Assembly (NCBI GenBank): GCA_963704755.1
Contig: OY969938.1
Coordinates: 2,970,001-3,002,000, forward strand
Origin: an uncultured Chloroflexia bacterium
Lineage (GTDB): Bacteria; Chloroflexota; Anaerolineae; Anaerolineales; Anaerolineaceae
Length of the DNA: 32,000 nt
Reading direction: 5' to 3'
How positions within the stretch are numbered: position 1 is the first letter of the stretch; every line of letters begins with the position of its first letter. Both the position numbers and the translations under genes were made by a program. Shown piece after piece: positions 17,750-25,575 of the stretch. The notes under the pieces are model-generated. The model was given only the letters and a program-made list of their open reading frames with translations. It made no database searches and was not told the origin of the DNA.

Positions 17750-19508
17750 TCCAATCCGGGTTGTGGATCGGCCCGCTGCGCAGGTATACTTCCAGCGCGC
17801 CTTCCAGGTCGCCCTTGGCCAGCAGGGGAATGGCCATGCAGGTCTTGAAACCCTCCCGGCGCAGGTTCTCCTGGATTCCGGCCAGCTCGCGCGGAAAATG
17901 GCCGTTATCGCTTTCCAGGTCGAAGACCGAGATATTGTTAAATTGTTGTGCGGCCATCCCGGCGTAGCCGCTGCCCATTTGCAGGCGGGCGGACTTGGGG
18001 AAATTGTTGTTGAATCCTTGTTGGGCCACATACTCCAGGGTTCTCAAGCCGGGGTGGTAGAGCAGGATCGCGGCCGCATCTACGTTTAGCAGCTTGAGCA
18101 TCTGGTCCAGCACAACCCGCAGGGTCACCCGCAGGTCCATATTCGAGCTGATCGCCTCGTCGATGGCGCGCAAGGCGTTCAACTGGTGTAGCTGCTGCTC
18201 GATCTTTTGAATCGAGGTTTTTCGTTCAGTAATGTCTTCGATGGCGACGATCACCCGCCCGAGGGTCTTTTCGAAGCCCGAAAGCGCCAGCCAGTACATG
18301 TTGGTCGTAATTTCGTGCCCGTCGAATGTCTGGTTGGTGGTTTCGATGTTAAAACTGGTCGCGCCTTTGGAAATCATGACAAACTCATGATGAAGCGGCT
18401 GCCAGTTGTTGAACCCTACCAGGGGGGTCAGGTTATCCAGGTTGCAGTTGTCGTCTTCTAACTTATACAGCTTGCGAGCAGCCCGGTTCATTTCACGCAC
18501 TTTGACCAGCGCGAACAGCCGGTAGATCTCTTCGCTGTGGTCTTTGAGATATTGCTCGAAATTGCCTACCCCGGCGGCTTGCAGGCGGTGAATTTCCGCC
18601 AGCGCATCGGAGAAGTCCTCTTCAACCATGGCGATGGGTGAATCGATGAACAACGAGCGGTAGCGTTTCTCGCTCTCGGACAGAGCGACTCGCTCGCGGG
18701 CCAACTGGTGGCGGTGAAAGGCATCTTCCAGCACCAGCGGAAGCCGGTTGAGGTAATCGAGGGTTTTGGGCAGGTAATCGGAAATACCCAGCTTTACGGA
18801 TTGGAGCGCGATCTCTTCGGCGCCCTGGCCGGTGACCAGAACGATCGGCAGGTCCACCTTGCGGATCTGGACCAGATCCTTGACCAGCTCGAGCGCATTG
18901 ATCCCCGGGAGCCGGTAATCCACCAGCAGCAGGTCGATCTCGGATTGCCAGTCGGGGCGCTCGAAAAATGCCAGCACGCCATTGGCATCATGGACCACCT
19001 GTAAGTTGATGTAAGGCGCGTGAGCCTCGAAATGGCGGCGGGTGAGGTCGATGTCCACAATGTTATCTTCGGCGTATAACACCCGCAGCGGATGCGCCTT
19101 GCGGAACGCGCGGCTGCGAAGCTGCTGGTGAACCGCCTCGATCGTCGGCGCAAGCCGTTCGAGGTAATCGCCGCTTTTGATCATGTAATCGTCGGCGCCG
19201 GCTTTCAATGCCGCTACCACCAGCTCTTCGTCGCCATTGCCGGTGAGCAGGACTGTGCCGACCGGGATGCTCTGGCTGCGGATGTGCGAGAGCAGAGACA
19301 ACCCGTCCCCATCGGGCAAATTACGGTCGATCAGAACGACATCATAGGGATTGGCTTTTCCCCCGCCCAGTTCTTTCAATGCTTCGGCCTGTGTGCCAAC
19401 GATAATTAATTTGATATGGGATGCTTTGCGATCAAGTTCCAGTCGAGCCAGCTCGGCGTCGCTGGGATTATCTTCTACGTATAATACGGAAATCGGTTCG
19501 ATTTTCAT
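17700..19508 (-). CDS. Response regulator REC-REC-PAS-GAF (upstream part of a frame-disrupted REC-REC-PAS-GAF-HD-GYP gene)
   Basis: REC1 shows VEDNPSD..VVLIDRNLPDGDG..YMIKS. REC2 shows AEDNIVD..LLLVDYRLPG..YLPKT. A PAS-like block follows, then a GAF domain that stops prematurely at TAA 17702-17700. Confidence 0.8.
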   Translation of the reverse strand: MKIEPISVLYVEDNPSDAELARLELDRKASHIKLIIVGTQAEALKELGGGKANPYDVVLIDRNLPDGDGLSLLSHIRSQSIPVGTVLLTGNGDEELVVAALKAGADDYMIKSGDYLERLAPTIEAVHQQLRSRAFRKAHPLRVLYAEDNIVDIDLTRRHFEAHAPYINLQVVHDANGVLAFFERPDWQSEIDLLLVDYRLPGINALELVKDLVQIRKVDLPIVLVTGQGAEEIALQSVKLGISDYLPKTLDYLNRLPLVLEDAFHRHQLARERVALSESEKRYRSLFIDSPIAMVEEDFSDALAEIHRLQAAGVGNFEQYLKDHSEEIYRLFALVKVREMNRAARKLYKLEDDNCNLDNLTPLVGFNNWQPLHHEFVMISKGATSFNIETTNQTFDGHEITTNMYWLALSGFEKTLGRVIVAIEDITERKTSIQKIEQQLHQLNALRAIDEAISSNMDLRVTLRVVLDQMLKLLNVDAAAILLYHPGLRTLEYVAQQGFNNNFPKSARLQMGSGYAGMAAQQFNNISVFDLESDNGHFPRELAGIQENLRREGFKTCMAIPLLAKGDLEGALEVYLRSGPIHNPDWTAFSGASGRPGRHRGR

Positions 19509-19557
19509 TTGCGCCCGGTTGCCATTTAGTTGGGTCTGGTTGAGTTTTTACGTGACT

Positions 19558-19998
19558 TCATAGATTTACCCGCGGAGCGGTGTTCAGCATGGTCCAATAG
19601 ATTTCGATTTCTCGGGCCACTTCCATGAATTTCTCAAAGTTGACCGGTTTGATGATATAGGAGTTTGCACCCAGGCGGTAGGCCGTTTCGATATCGCGGT
19701 CTTCGGCCGAGGTGGTCAGAACCACCACTGGAACTTTTCCCAATTGAGGATGGCTTTTGAGGTTTTGCAACACTTCCAGGCCATCGATCTTGGGTAACTT
19801 TAGGTCCAGCAGAACCAAAACCGGGAAGGGGTCGGGGACTTTCCAACCCAGGATATAATCCAGGGCTTCCTCGCCATCTCGGGCAACAATGAATTGGTTG
19901 AGGACCTTGCGGCGGGTAAAGGCACGCCGGGTCAGATCGACGTCTAACGGGTTGTCCTCAACAAGCAGGATAGGTTGATTATAGTTGATTTCGCTCAT
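19558..19998 (-). CDS. Single-domain CheY-like response regulator (Rcp1-like receiver)
   Basis: Reads MSEINYNQPILLVEDNPLDVDL..VLVLLDLKLPKIDG..VVVLTTS..YIIKP. ATG 19998 is preceded by GGAG 7 nt upstream. The TTG at 20043 in the ORF track adds an unlikely 15 aa. The gene lies 49 nt upstream of the REC-REC-PAS-GAF gene on the same strand. Confidence 0.85.
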   Translation of the reverse strand: MSEINYNQPILLVEDNPLDVDLTRRAFTRRKVLNQFIVARDGEEALDYILGWKVPDPFPVLVLLDLKLPKIDGLEVLQNLKSHPQLGKVPVVVLTTSAEDRDIETAYRLGANSYIIKPVNFEKFMEVAREIEIYWTMLNTAPRVNL

Positions 19999-20339
19999 AA
20001 AATATCTCCGGAAATGTCCCTCCTCAGTCGTTAGTCCGAACAAACAGATATTAGCGCTATCTTATTAAAAGAGCCTATTGCTTTTCCACACGTTCACGCG
20101 CAAATAATGGCCGCACCAGCAGGTTAATGGGTATGAAATTGCTTGAAGTGGAATTTGTGTTTGAACGTGAGGCGCCGCGAAGGGCATAGAAAGCAATATC
20201 CTGCCATAACCGCCCGAGCGATAAGCCGGGTATGAACGGTTATAGCCTTGACTACATATTAGCACAGAACTAAAAGTATTTATAAGGTTTTGTTAAAAGT
20301 AAACGTAAAAATACCGTTAATTTTTCTTAAGGTGTACGG

Positions 20340-20500
20340 TTGGAAATTGCCTGGCGGCAACAAAAATTGACATTTGTGGCCCGAATCGTCGCCAGTGACC
20401 CACCGCTAGCGTTTAACTCGGTAGCCTGGCTTTCGAATGCGGAATTTACCGCCAGGGTTTCGCCCTCGCCCAACCCCTCTCCCGGCAGCGGGAGAGGGAC
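20340..20500. repeat. Repeat cluster B: degenerate members of the same hairpin-module family
   Basis: ggcggcaacaaaaa resembles the cgcggcaacaaaaacac module. gtagcctggctttcgaatgcgg resembles gtagcccggctttcaaggccgg. caacccctctcccggcagcgggagaggg resembles taacccctctcccagaagcgggagaggg at 5355-5383. Confidence 0.6.
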
Positions 20501-20531
20501 CAAGAGCACGACAAACGACCTATCTTTGTAT

Positions 20532-20594
20532 AGTAACTACTCAGGCAGGTTAAGAAGGGGAGGGTGTTTCTTCTGCGATGGCTGAGTAGTTACT
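20532..20594. mobile_element. 63-bp MITE-like element: 13-bp perfect terminal inverted repeats flanked by 6-bp direct repeats
   Basis: The inverted ends are agtaactactcag (20532-20544) and ctgagtagttact (20582-20594). ttgtat abuts both ends (20526-20531 and 20595-20600). It may also act as the terminator of the EamA gene ending at 20603. Confidence 0.5.
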
Positions 20595-20602
20595 TTGTAT
20601 AT

Positions 20603-21493
20603 TTACTTAAGCCCGGCGGCGGACAGCCCGACCGGTTGGGTTGCGGCCCGGCGCACAAACCACTCGTTGAGCGCCAGGGCCACCAGCAGAATCGACCCGC
20701 CCAGCAGCAGGTGGGGAATATCGGCTTGCTCGCCGAAAAAGAGCAGGGAGACGGCCACTGCCAGGGGAACCTTCAGGTTGTTGAAGATTGCCAGCGTTCC
20801 GGCATTGACCTTGCGCGCGCCGACGTTCCACAGAAAGAAGCAGACCCCCGAGGCGATGATCCCCAGGTATACCAGGGTCAAGACTTGTTCGCCGCCCAGG
20901 CTGAAGGACGCCTGGGGAGTGGTAATCGCGGCCGGGATGGCGGCGGCGGCAAAACCGCCCAGGTACATCAGCCCAAATATATTTTGGTCTTTCAACTGAG
21001 GGCTGGTGCGCATAATCTCTTTGTAATAGATCTGTCCAAAGGCAAAGGCCAGGTTGCTGACCTGCACGATCAGAAACCCGCGCAGCAAGTCGGGTTGGAA
21101 CAGGTTGCCCTGCTGGACCACGGCCGTTCCGGCTATCGCCAGGATGGTCGCGACCAGGCTGGCCCAATGGAAGCGCCGGCGGAAGGCATCATTGATCAAG
21201 GTGACGAACAGGGGGGTGAAAATGGTAAACAGGGCTACCTGGTAGGCCTGAAGATAGCGGAAGGAGTAAATATAAGTCACATACATCAAGCCATACTGCA
21301 CCGCACCGGCCAATACCAGGCGCAGCCCGTTCTTGCGGCTGACCCCGCGCAAGCGCAGCAGCGGCAGAAAGACCAGCAGAGAGAGCAATAAACGTGCAGC
21401 GGCCACGAAATTAGCGTCCAGGCCGGCCAATTGATCTTTAATCAAGCCAAAAGAGAAGGCCCAAACCAGGGAGACAAAGAAGAGATAGAGCAT
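20603..21493 (-). CDS. EamA/DMT-family transporter (10 TM)
   Basis: 296 aa with two similar hydrophobic halves and an N-terminus (MLYLFFVSLVWAFSFGLIK) typical of the EamA family. Confidence 0.8.
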   Translation of the reverse strand: MLYLFFVSLVWAFSFGLIKDQLAGLDANFVAAARLLLSLLVFLPLLRLRGVSRKNGLRLVLAGAVQYGLMYVTYIYSFRYLQAYQVALFTIFTPLFVTLINDAFRRRFHWASLVATILAIAGTAVVQQGNLFQPDLLRGFLIVQVSNLAFAFGQIYYKEIMRTSPQLKDQNIFGLMYLGGFAAAAIPAAITTPQASFSLGGEQVLTLVYLGIIASGVCFFLWNVGARKVNAGTLAIFNNLKVPLAVAVSLLFFGEQADIPHLLLGGSILLVALALNEWFVRRAATQPVGLSAAGLK

Positions 21494-21602
21494 GATTTTT
21501 TCACCTGTAAGAGAGAGGGGATTCGGTTTTCGGTTCCCGGCTCTGCCGGGGTGGACATCCAGGACGTTTACATAAACCCAAAACCCGCAAACAGGTAACG
21601 CA

Positions 21603-21657
21603 AATCAAAAGATTGGCTAATTGACAGTTACGCTGTCAATTAGCCAATCTTTTGATT
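21603..21657. repeat. Perfect palindrome, 25-bp arms, 5-nt loop
   Basis: aatcaaaagattggctaattgacag-ttacg-ctgtcaattagccaatcttttgatt. It lies between two minus-strand genes, in addition to a separate GC-rich hairpin at 21667-21696. Confidence 0.85.
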
Positions 21658-21666
21658 AAATAGATC

Positions 21667-21696
21667 GAGGGAGGGGGGTAGGGAACCCCCTCCCTC
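21667..21696 (-). terminator. GC-rich hairpin downstream of the lipoprotein gene
   Basis: gagggaggggg-(8-nt loop)-ccccctccctc. The flanking T-tract is weak on the minus strand. Confidence 0.4.
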
Positions 21697-21744
21697 TTTA
21701 CTGGGGGGCGGAATAAAGCGTGGTAAACCCCCAGTCCCGGATGT

Positions 21745-22650
21745 CTAAGGACTGAATTCGGCAAAAATACTTTGTGCGAACTGATTCAACTCATCCCGCG
21801 ATAAGTCCGGCACTTGCTGTGTACCTCCACCCCGAAACGACAGATCGTATTGATAACCATCTGCCACCCCGTCGTTGGTCGAATAATCTATGGCAGCGTA
21901 AGTGTCGACCCAATTATACATGAATTGTAATTCTTGGGAAGAAAGCAAAAATCGGTTTACTAAACCGTTTTCGTCTTGATTACAGGCACTCAGGTATGCC
22001 CAGCCGCTGTCGAAAATTTGCAACTGGCTGCATCGCCCGACGATCCCACCCGAACGCTGCCAGGAGATCACCAGCCCGGGAGGGCTGTCTGGCGTGGATT
22101 GGCTCGCAGCAGCCACCGCAACCAGCCTGGCCCAGGCAGCCAGGGCGCGCTGCTGGTCAGAGGTCGCTGCCTCACTGCCTTTGCCGGTAAAAGTCACTTC
22201 TCCGCTGGGAGTATCGGCGCTAAAGGAGGCGAAGCGCCCGACCAAATCGGAAAGCTCCTGCGCCCGGCCGGAGTCACTGAAGGCGCTGCCGCTCAATGCT
22301 GCGCTGCACCCCCCCTGGGCGATCCCGGTCGCGCTGACCTGGATGTACTGGCAATCCGGCTGGTCAGGATCGATTGTGACCTGCAGGTTGGGCTGGCTGA
22401 CGGGGATGGGCAGAATGTTGGCCAGGGCTACCTGGCTGCCATCCTGGTTGGTGTGATATTCGTAGCTAAGGCCGTTGACTGTGAACAGGATGCGATAACC
22501 GGGCACGAGCACCTGTGCGCAGGATAAACCGGAGGTGTCGACGCCCAGGCAGGCGTCTGCCCAGGTGGCCGGCAGAAGCGAAACGACCTGGATGTTGTCA
22601 GGAGTCACCGATAGCAAAGAGGCCAGCGCCTGGCGAGAGGCTTCCACGCC
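21745..22650 (-). CDS. Lipoprotein, downstream part (second Cys-domain copy plus C-terminal domains); out of frame with its N-terminal part
   Basis: Contains SRQALASLLSVTPDNIQVVSLLPATWADACLGVDTSGLSCAQVLVPGYRILFTVNGLSYEYHTNQDGSQV, a paralogue of the domain in ORF 22598..23086. The ORF-track Met at 22812 lies inside the overlap and is probably not a real start. Confidence 0.6.
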   Translation of the reverse strand, partial: GVEASRQALASLLSVTPDNIQVVSLLPATWADACLGVDTSGLSCAQVLVPGYRILFTVNGLSYEYHTNQDGSQVALANILPIPVSQPNLQVTIDPDQPDCQYIQVSATGIAQGGCSAALSGSAFSDSGRAQELSDLVGRFASFSADTPSGEVTFTGKGSEAATSDQQRALAAWARLVAVAAASQSTPDSPPGLVISWQRSGGIVGRCSQLQIFDSGWAYLSACNQDENGLVNRFLLSSQELQFMYNWVDTYAAIDYSTNDGVADGYQYDLSFRGGGTQQVPDLSRDELNQFAQSIFAEFSP

Positions 22651-23086
22651 GGCCGGCTGGCCCAGGGTCGAACTCGACCGGGCGGACCACGCTGCCGGTC
22701 GAGTTGGTCCGAAACTCGTAGAATTGACCGTTTGCCTCCAGAACGACCGAATAACCGCTGACGACGGTTTGCGTGCAGAGCTCGCCCGGCGCGCCCAATC
22801 CCAGGCAGCCATCCGGCCATTGGGCCGCTTCGAAACTTGAAATGGTAATCGCTTGGATTGGCAGCTCCAGCAGGTTCGATAAGGCTTGCTGCGCGGCCAA
22901 AATCGCCGGAGGCGGTACCGGGGTCACTTCCACTGAAGGGGTCTGGCCCGGAATGATCGTGAGCGTGGCGTTATTATACAAGCCGGGCAGGGGTGTCTTG
23001 CGGTCCACGGGCGGCGTTTGGACGGCCGCCTGGCAGCCAGCCAGAACCAGCCCGCCTAGCATCAAAAGCAGGGTTAGTCTGCGCAT
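22598..23086 (-). CDS. Lipoprotein, N-terminal part (signal peptide with lipobox plus first Cys-domain copy)
   Basis: Starts MRRLTLLLMLGGLVLAGC (lipobox LAGC). The domain reads AQQALSNLLELPIQAITISSFEAAQWPDGCLGLGAPGELCTQTVVSGYSVVLEANGQFYEFRTNSTGSVV. Confidence 0.65.
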   Translation of the reverse strand: MRRLTLLLMLGGLVLAGCQAAVQTPPVDRKTPLPGLYNNATLTIIPGQTPSVEVTPVPPPAILAAQQALSNLLELPIQAITISSFEAAQWPDGCLGLGAPGELCTQTVVSGYSVVLEANGQFYEFRTNSTGSVVRPVEFDPGPAGRRGSLSPGAGLFAIGDS

Positions 23087-23139
23087 AGGAGAGAACCTTT
23101 CTCTCGAAAGATCGAGGATGTCCTATATCGATCGCGGCC

Positions 23140-24093
23140 TTACGGATTGCCCAAACCGGTCAGGCTCAGGCTGCGATCCCACAATTGGCGGGCAATATCC
23201 TGGTCGTACGAAATAGCCGAAGAGCGTGCCACGTGCTTCTTGACAAAATATTCGCCCGTTGTGCCGTCTAATTCCATAGACGACGCCAGGTACACGGAAG
23301 TTTCCGCGCCTTTTTCAGGTGAAATAGCGCCGATCTGGACCAGGGGCATCAAGGCGCCTACCAGGCCGCCGTTGTTCTTGCCAAAGTTGCTGGCGACGAA
23401 CCCGGGATGCAGGCAGTTCACGGTCACGCCGCTGTCTTTTAGCCGGCGCGATAGCTCGTGAGTGAAATAGATGTTCATCAGCTTCGAGCGCCCATAGACG
23501 GACATGCTGCGGTAGTGCTTCTCGCTGTTCAGGTCATCCAGGTCCAGCGATTGGCCGCCGTGAGCCATCGAGGAGACGTTCACGATCCGGGATGGGGCGC
23601 TGGCAATGATCAGGTCCAACAAAAGGTTGGTGAGCAAAAAAGGCGCCAGGTGATTGAGGGCCAGCGTCATTTCGAAACCGTCGGCACTCAAAGTACGCTT
23701 GAAGAATACGGCCCCGACATTATTGACCAGAACGTTTAATTGATCGTACCGGTGGCGGTATTCGTCTGCCACGCGGCGGACCTCGGCTTGCGAAGAGAGA
23801 TCACCGATCAGGGTGTCAATCTGGTTATTGCCGGTTTGTTCACGCAGGTCGCGAGCGACCTGGTCTGTTTTTTGGGGATTGCGTCCCACCAAAATCAGGT
23901 GGGCGTGCATTTTGGCTAATTCCCGGGCGGTCACCAGGCCAATGCCGGCGGTTGCTCCGGTAATCAACACTTTTTTATTTTCAACAAATGTAGCCGTAAA
24001 ACTGCTCCTTCCAATGGGCACTGCCGGGCCAATTGGCATCCAGGAAAAGGCATGCTTGGCCGGGCAGGTCCGTTCTTTGTACGATTTGTGCAT
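23140..24093 (-). CDS. Short-chain dehydrogenase/reductase (SDR) family oxidoreductase
   Basis: Cofactor motif VLITGATAGIGLVTA, then NNVG and catalytic YGRSKLMN. The start is ambiguous: ATG 24093 or ATG 24039. Confidence 0.85.
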   Translation of the reverse strand: MHKSYKERTCPAKHAFSWMPIGPAVPIGRSSFTATFVENKKVLITGATAGIGLVTARELAKMHAHLILVGRNPQKTDQVARDLREQTGNNQIDTLIGDLSSQAEVRRVADEYRHRYDQLNVLVNNVGAVFFKRTLSADGFEMTLALNHLAPFLLTNLLLDLIIASAPSRIVNVSSMAHGGQSLDLDDLNSEKHYRSMSVYGRSKLMNIYFTHELSRRLKDSGVTVNCLHPGFVASNFGKNNGGLVGALMPLVQIGAISPEKGAETSVYLASSMELDGTTGEYFVKKHVARSSAISYDQDIARQLWDRSLSLTGLGNP

Positions 24094-24268
24094 TGATTAT
24101 ACTAACGATATCTAAGAATATTCAGTAACGCAGCATTTAATCCTTTTTTAGCGAATGAATCGGCGCAGGGGCGGTTTTACCGTCCCTACCGTATACAAAT
24201 TCTTTTTAATGGGTTCACATCTTAATAAAAGAATTTATGTGCCTTTCGGCACATTTCAAAACAACAGG

Positions 24269-24297
24269 TTGGAAAATCAAAAAGGGGAGACTATAAT
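24269..24297 (+). promoter_or_regulatory. Sigma-70-type promoter TTGGAA-17-TATAAT
   Basis: The -35 is at 24269-24274 and the -10 at 24292-24297. GAGGA at 24307-24311 and ATG at 24319 follow. Confidence 0.55.
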
Positions 24298-24318
24298 TGT
24301 TTTAACGAGGAATTAACA

Positions 24319-25122
24319 ATGGATGAAAAACAGCTTAAGAACCACCAGAGGATCAATGATATCCTTTTAGGCCCCCTAGAACGTCCGGCGTTGGCCTGGT
24401 TAGCTCGTAAAATGCCGCCCTGGGTTACCCCCGACCTGTTGACCGCGACGGGTTTACTTGCGAGCATCTTGATTTTTGCTAGCTATTGGCTGACCTCGTA
24501 TAGTAAGAATTTCTTGTGGTTGGCTTCCTTTGGATTCTTGTTGAATTGGTTTGGGGATAGCCTCGACGGGTCATTGGCACGTTACCGTCATATCGAACGG
24601 CCTCATTACGGCTTTTTCATTGATCACGTTGTAGATACTTTTAGCGAGATTCTGGTCTTTGTAGGAATTGGCCTTTCCCCCTATGTGGATATCCGCATCG
24701 CTTTGTTCGGCCTGGTCAGTTATTTGAACATCACGATCCTGGTGTACCTGATGATGATCACCAGGGGTTTCTTTAGAATTTCCATGTGGAAAATCGGACC
24801 GACTGAGATCCGGGTAATTGCCATTCTGGCGAACACAGCTATCTTTTTCATCGGAAACCCCTCGATTACGACGATGTTCGGCGCGCTGACGCTCTATTCC
24901 GCGGTTGTGGTCGCATTAGCGGGGCTGCTGCTGCTGTTCTTTGCCATCCAAACATTTCAAAATGCGGCCACCCTGGCCCGCGAGGATGATGTAAACCGCG
25001 TGCGCAAGCAGGAAAAAGAAGCCGAAAAGTTGGCCCGCAAGGCTCAAAAGGACCACGAGCGGATGCTCCGGCGGGGTCGCAAGCACGTCAGCACTGAAAA
25101 GCAGGCTCACACCAGCGCTTGA
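24319..25122 (+). CDS. CDP-alcohol phosphatidyltransferase family protein
   Basis: The signature D-x2-DG-x2-AR...G-x3-D-x3-D reads GDSLDGSLARYRHIERPHYGFFIDHVVD. Multiple TM segments and a charged Lys/Arg/Glu C-terminal tail. Confidence 0.85.
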   Translation: MDEKQLKNHQRINDILLGPLERPALAWLARKMPPWVTPDLLTATGLLASILIFASYWLTSYSKNFLWLASFGFLLNWFGDSLDGSLARYRHIERPHYGFFIDHVVDTFSEILVFVGIGLSPYVDIRIALFGLVSYLNITILVYLMMITRGFFRISMWKIGPTEIRVIAILANTAIFFIGNPSITTMFGALTLYSAVVVALAGLLLLFFAIQTFQNAATLAREDDVNRVRKQEKEAEKLARKAQKDHERMLRRGRKHVSTEKQAHTSA

Positions 25123-25170
25123 ATTTAATGTCGTGACCTGCCTGGCGCGGTCACCCGATTCGCAATAATT

Positions 25171-25205
25171 ATGCCGGCCCTTTATCAGGGGCCGGCATTT
25201 CTTAT
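25171..25205 (+). terminator. Intrinsic terminator
   Basis: atgccggccc-tttatca-gggccggcat followed by ttcttatt. Confidence 0.7.
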
Positions 25206-25263
25206 TACTTTCTTAGAATCTCGACCTGGGTAAGGTTTCCTTAGAAATTTTATATAAATCGCA

Positions 25264-25291
25264 TTGACTTTACCTTTAATACCCATATAAT
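25264..25291 (+). promoter_or_regulatory. Near-consensus sigma-70 promoter TTGACT-16-TATAAT
   Basis: The -35 is at 25264-25269 and the -10 at 25286-25291, in an AT-rich gene-free stretch. Confidence 0.6.
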
Positions 25292-25297
25292 ACAATT

Positions 25298-25505
25298 TAC
25301 TTACCGATACACAGTTTTCTATAACGGCACCGTAGTTGGTAAGAAATATCGTAACTAAATTCGAACAATATTCCGTCCATTTAGTTACGAAAGGGATCTT
25401 TTAGCGGCGTTGACGTGTATGCCTGATATGGTCGCTGCCTTCCTCGTGGAATGCGGGTATACACTGAGCCAGTAGCGAAACCGGCATCAGGCCGGTTTTA
25501 TTTAT
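25298..25505 (+). ncRNA. Candidate structured leader or small RNA (~200 nt) ending in an intrinsic terminator; class unknown
   Basis: It starts just after the promoter above. It contains a perfect 12-bp stem (tcgtaactaaat 25348-25359 with atttagttacga 25379-25390) and an 8-bp stem (cttaccga with ttggtaag). The terminator is aaaccggc-atcag-gccggttt followed by tatttat (25478-25505). No ORF is present. Confidence 0.35.
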
Positions 25506-25575
25506 CGTTCATCGTTTGATTATTGTTTTATTGACTTCATTGTTTCATCGGAAACAATGGCTTCGGAGGGAAGCT

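Noticed and set aside
17740-17760. Programmed +1 ribosomal frameshifting as the explanation for the split HD-GYP gene.
   Set aside because: There is no slippery or hungry-codon context, no in-frame stop at the shift site and no upstream Shine-Dalgarno-like stimulator of the prfB type. Mutation or sequencing error is more parsimonious. It cannot be excluded without data.
20065-20265. A 66-aa ORF in the gap upstream of the receiver operon.
   Set aside because: It has no ribosome-binding site, odd composition and no motif. The region is more likely promoter DNA for the receiver/HD-GYP operon.
25298-25505. A c-di-GMP riboswitch (GEMM-I/II) or other known riboswitch class in the leader of the surface-protein gene.
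   Set aside because: The conserved cores I can recall are absent: the ACGCAAAGC and GGCAAACC tetraloop/receptor elements, the TPP CTGAGA...ACCTGA core and the B12 box. It is kept only as an unclassified structured leader or sRNA candidate.
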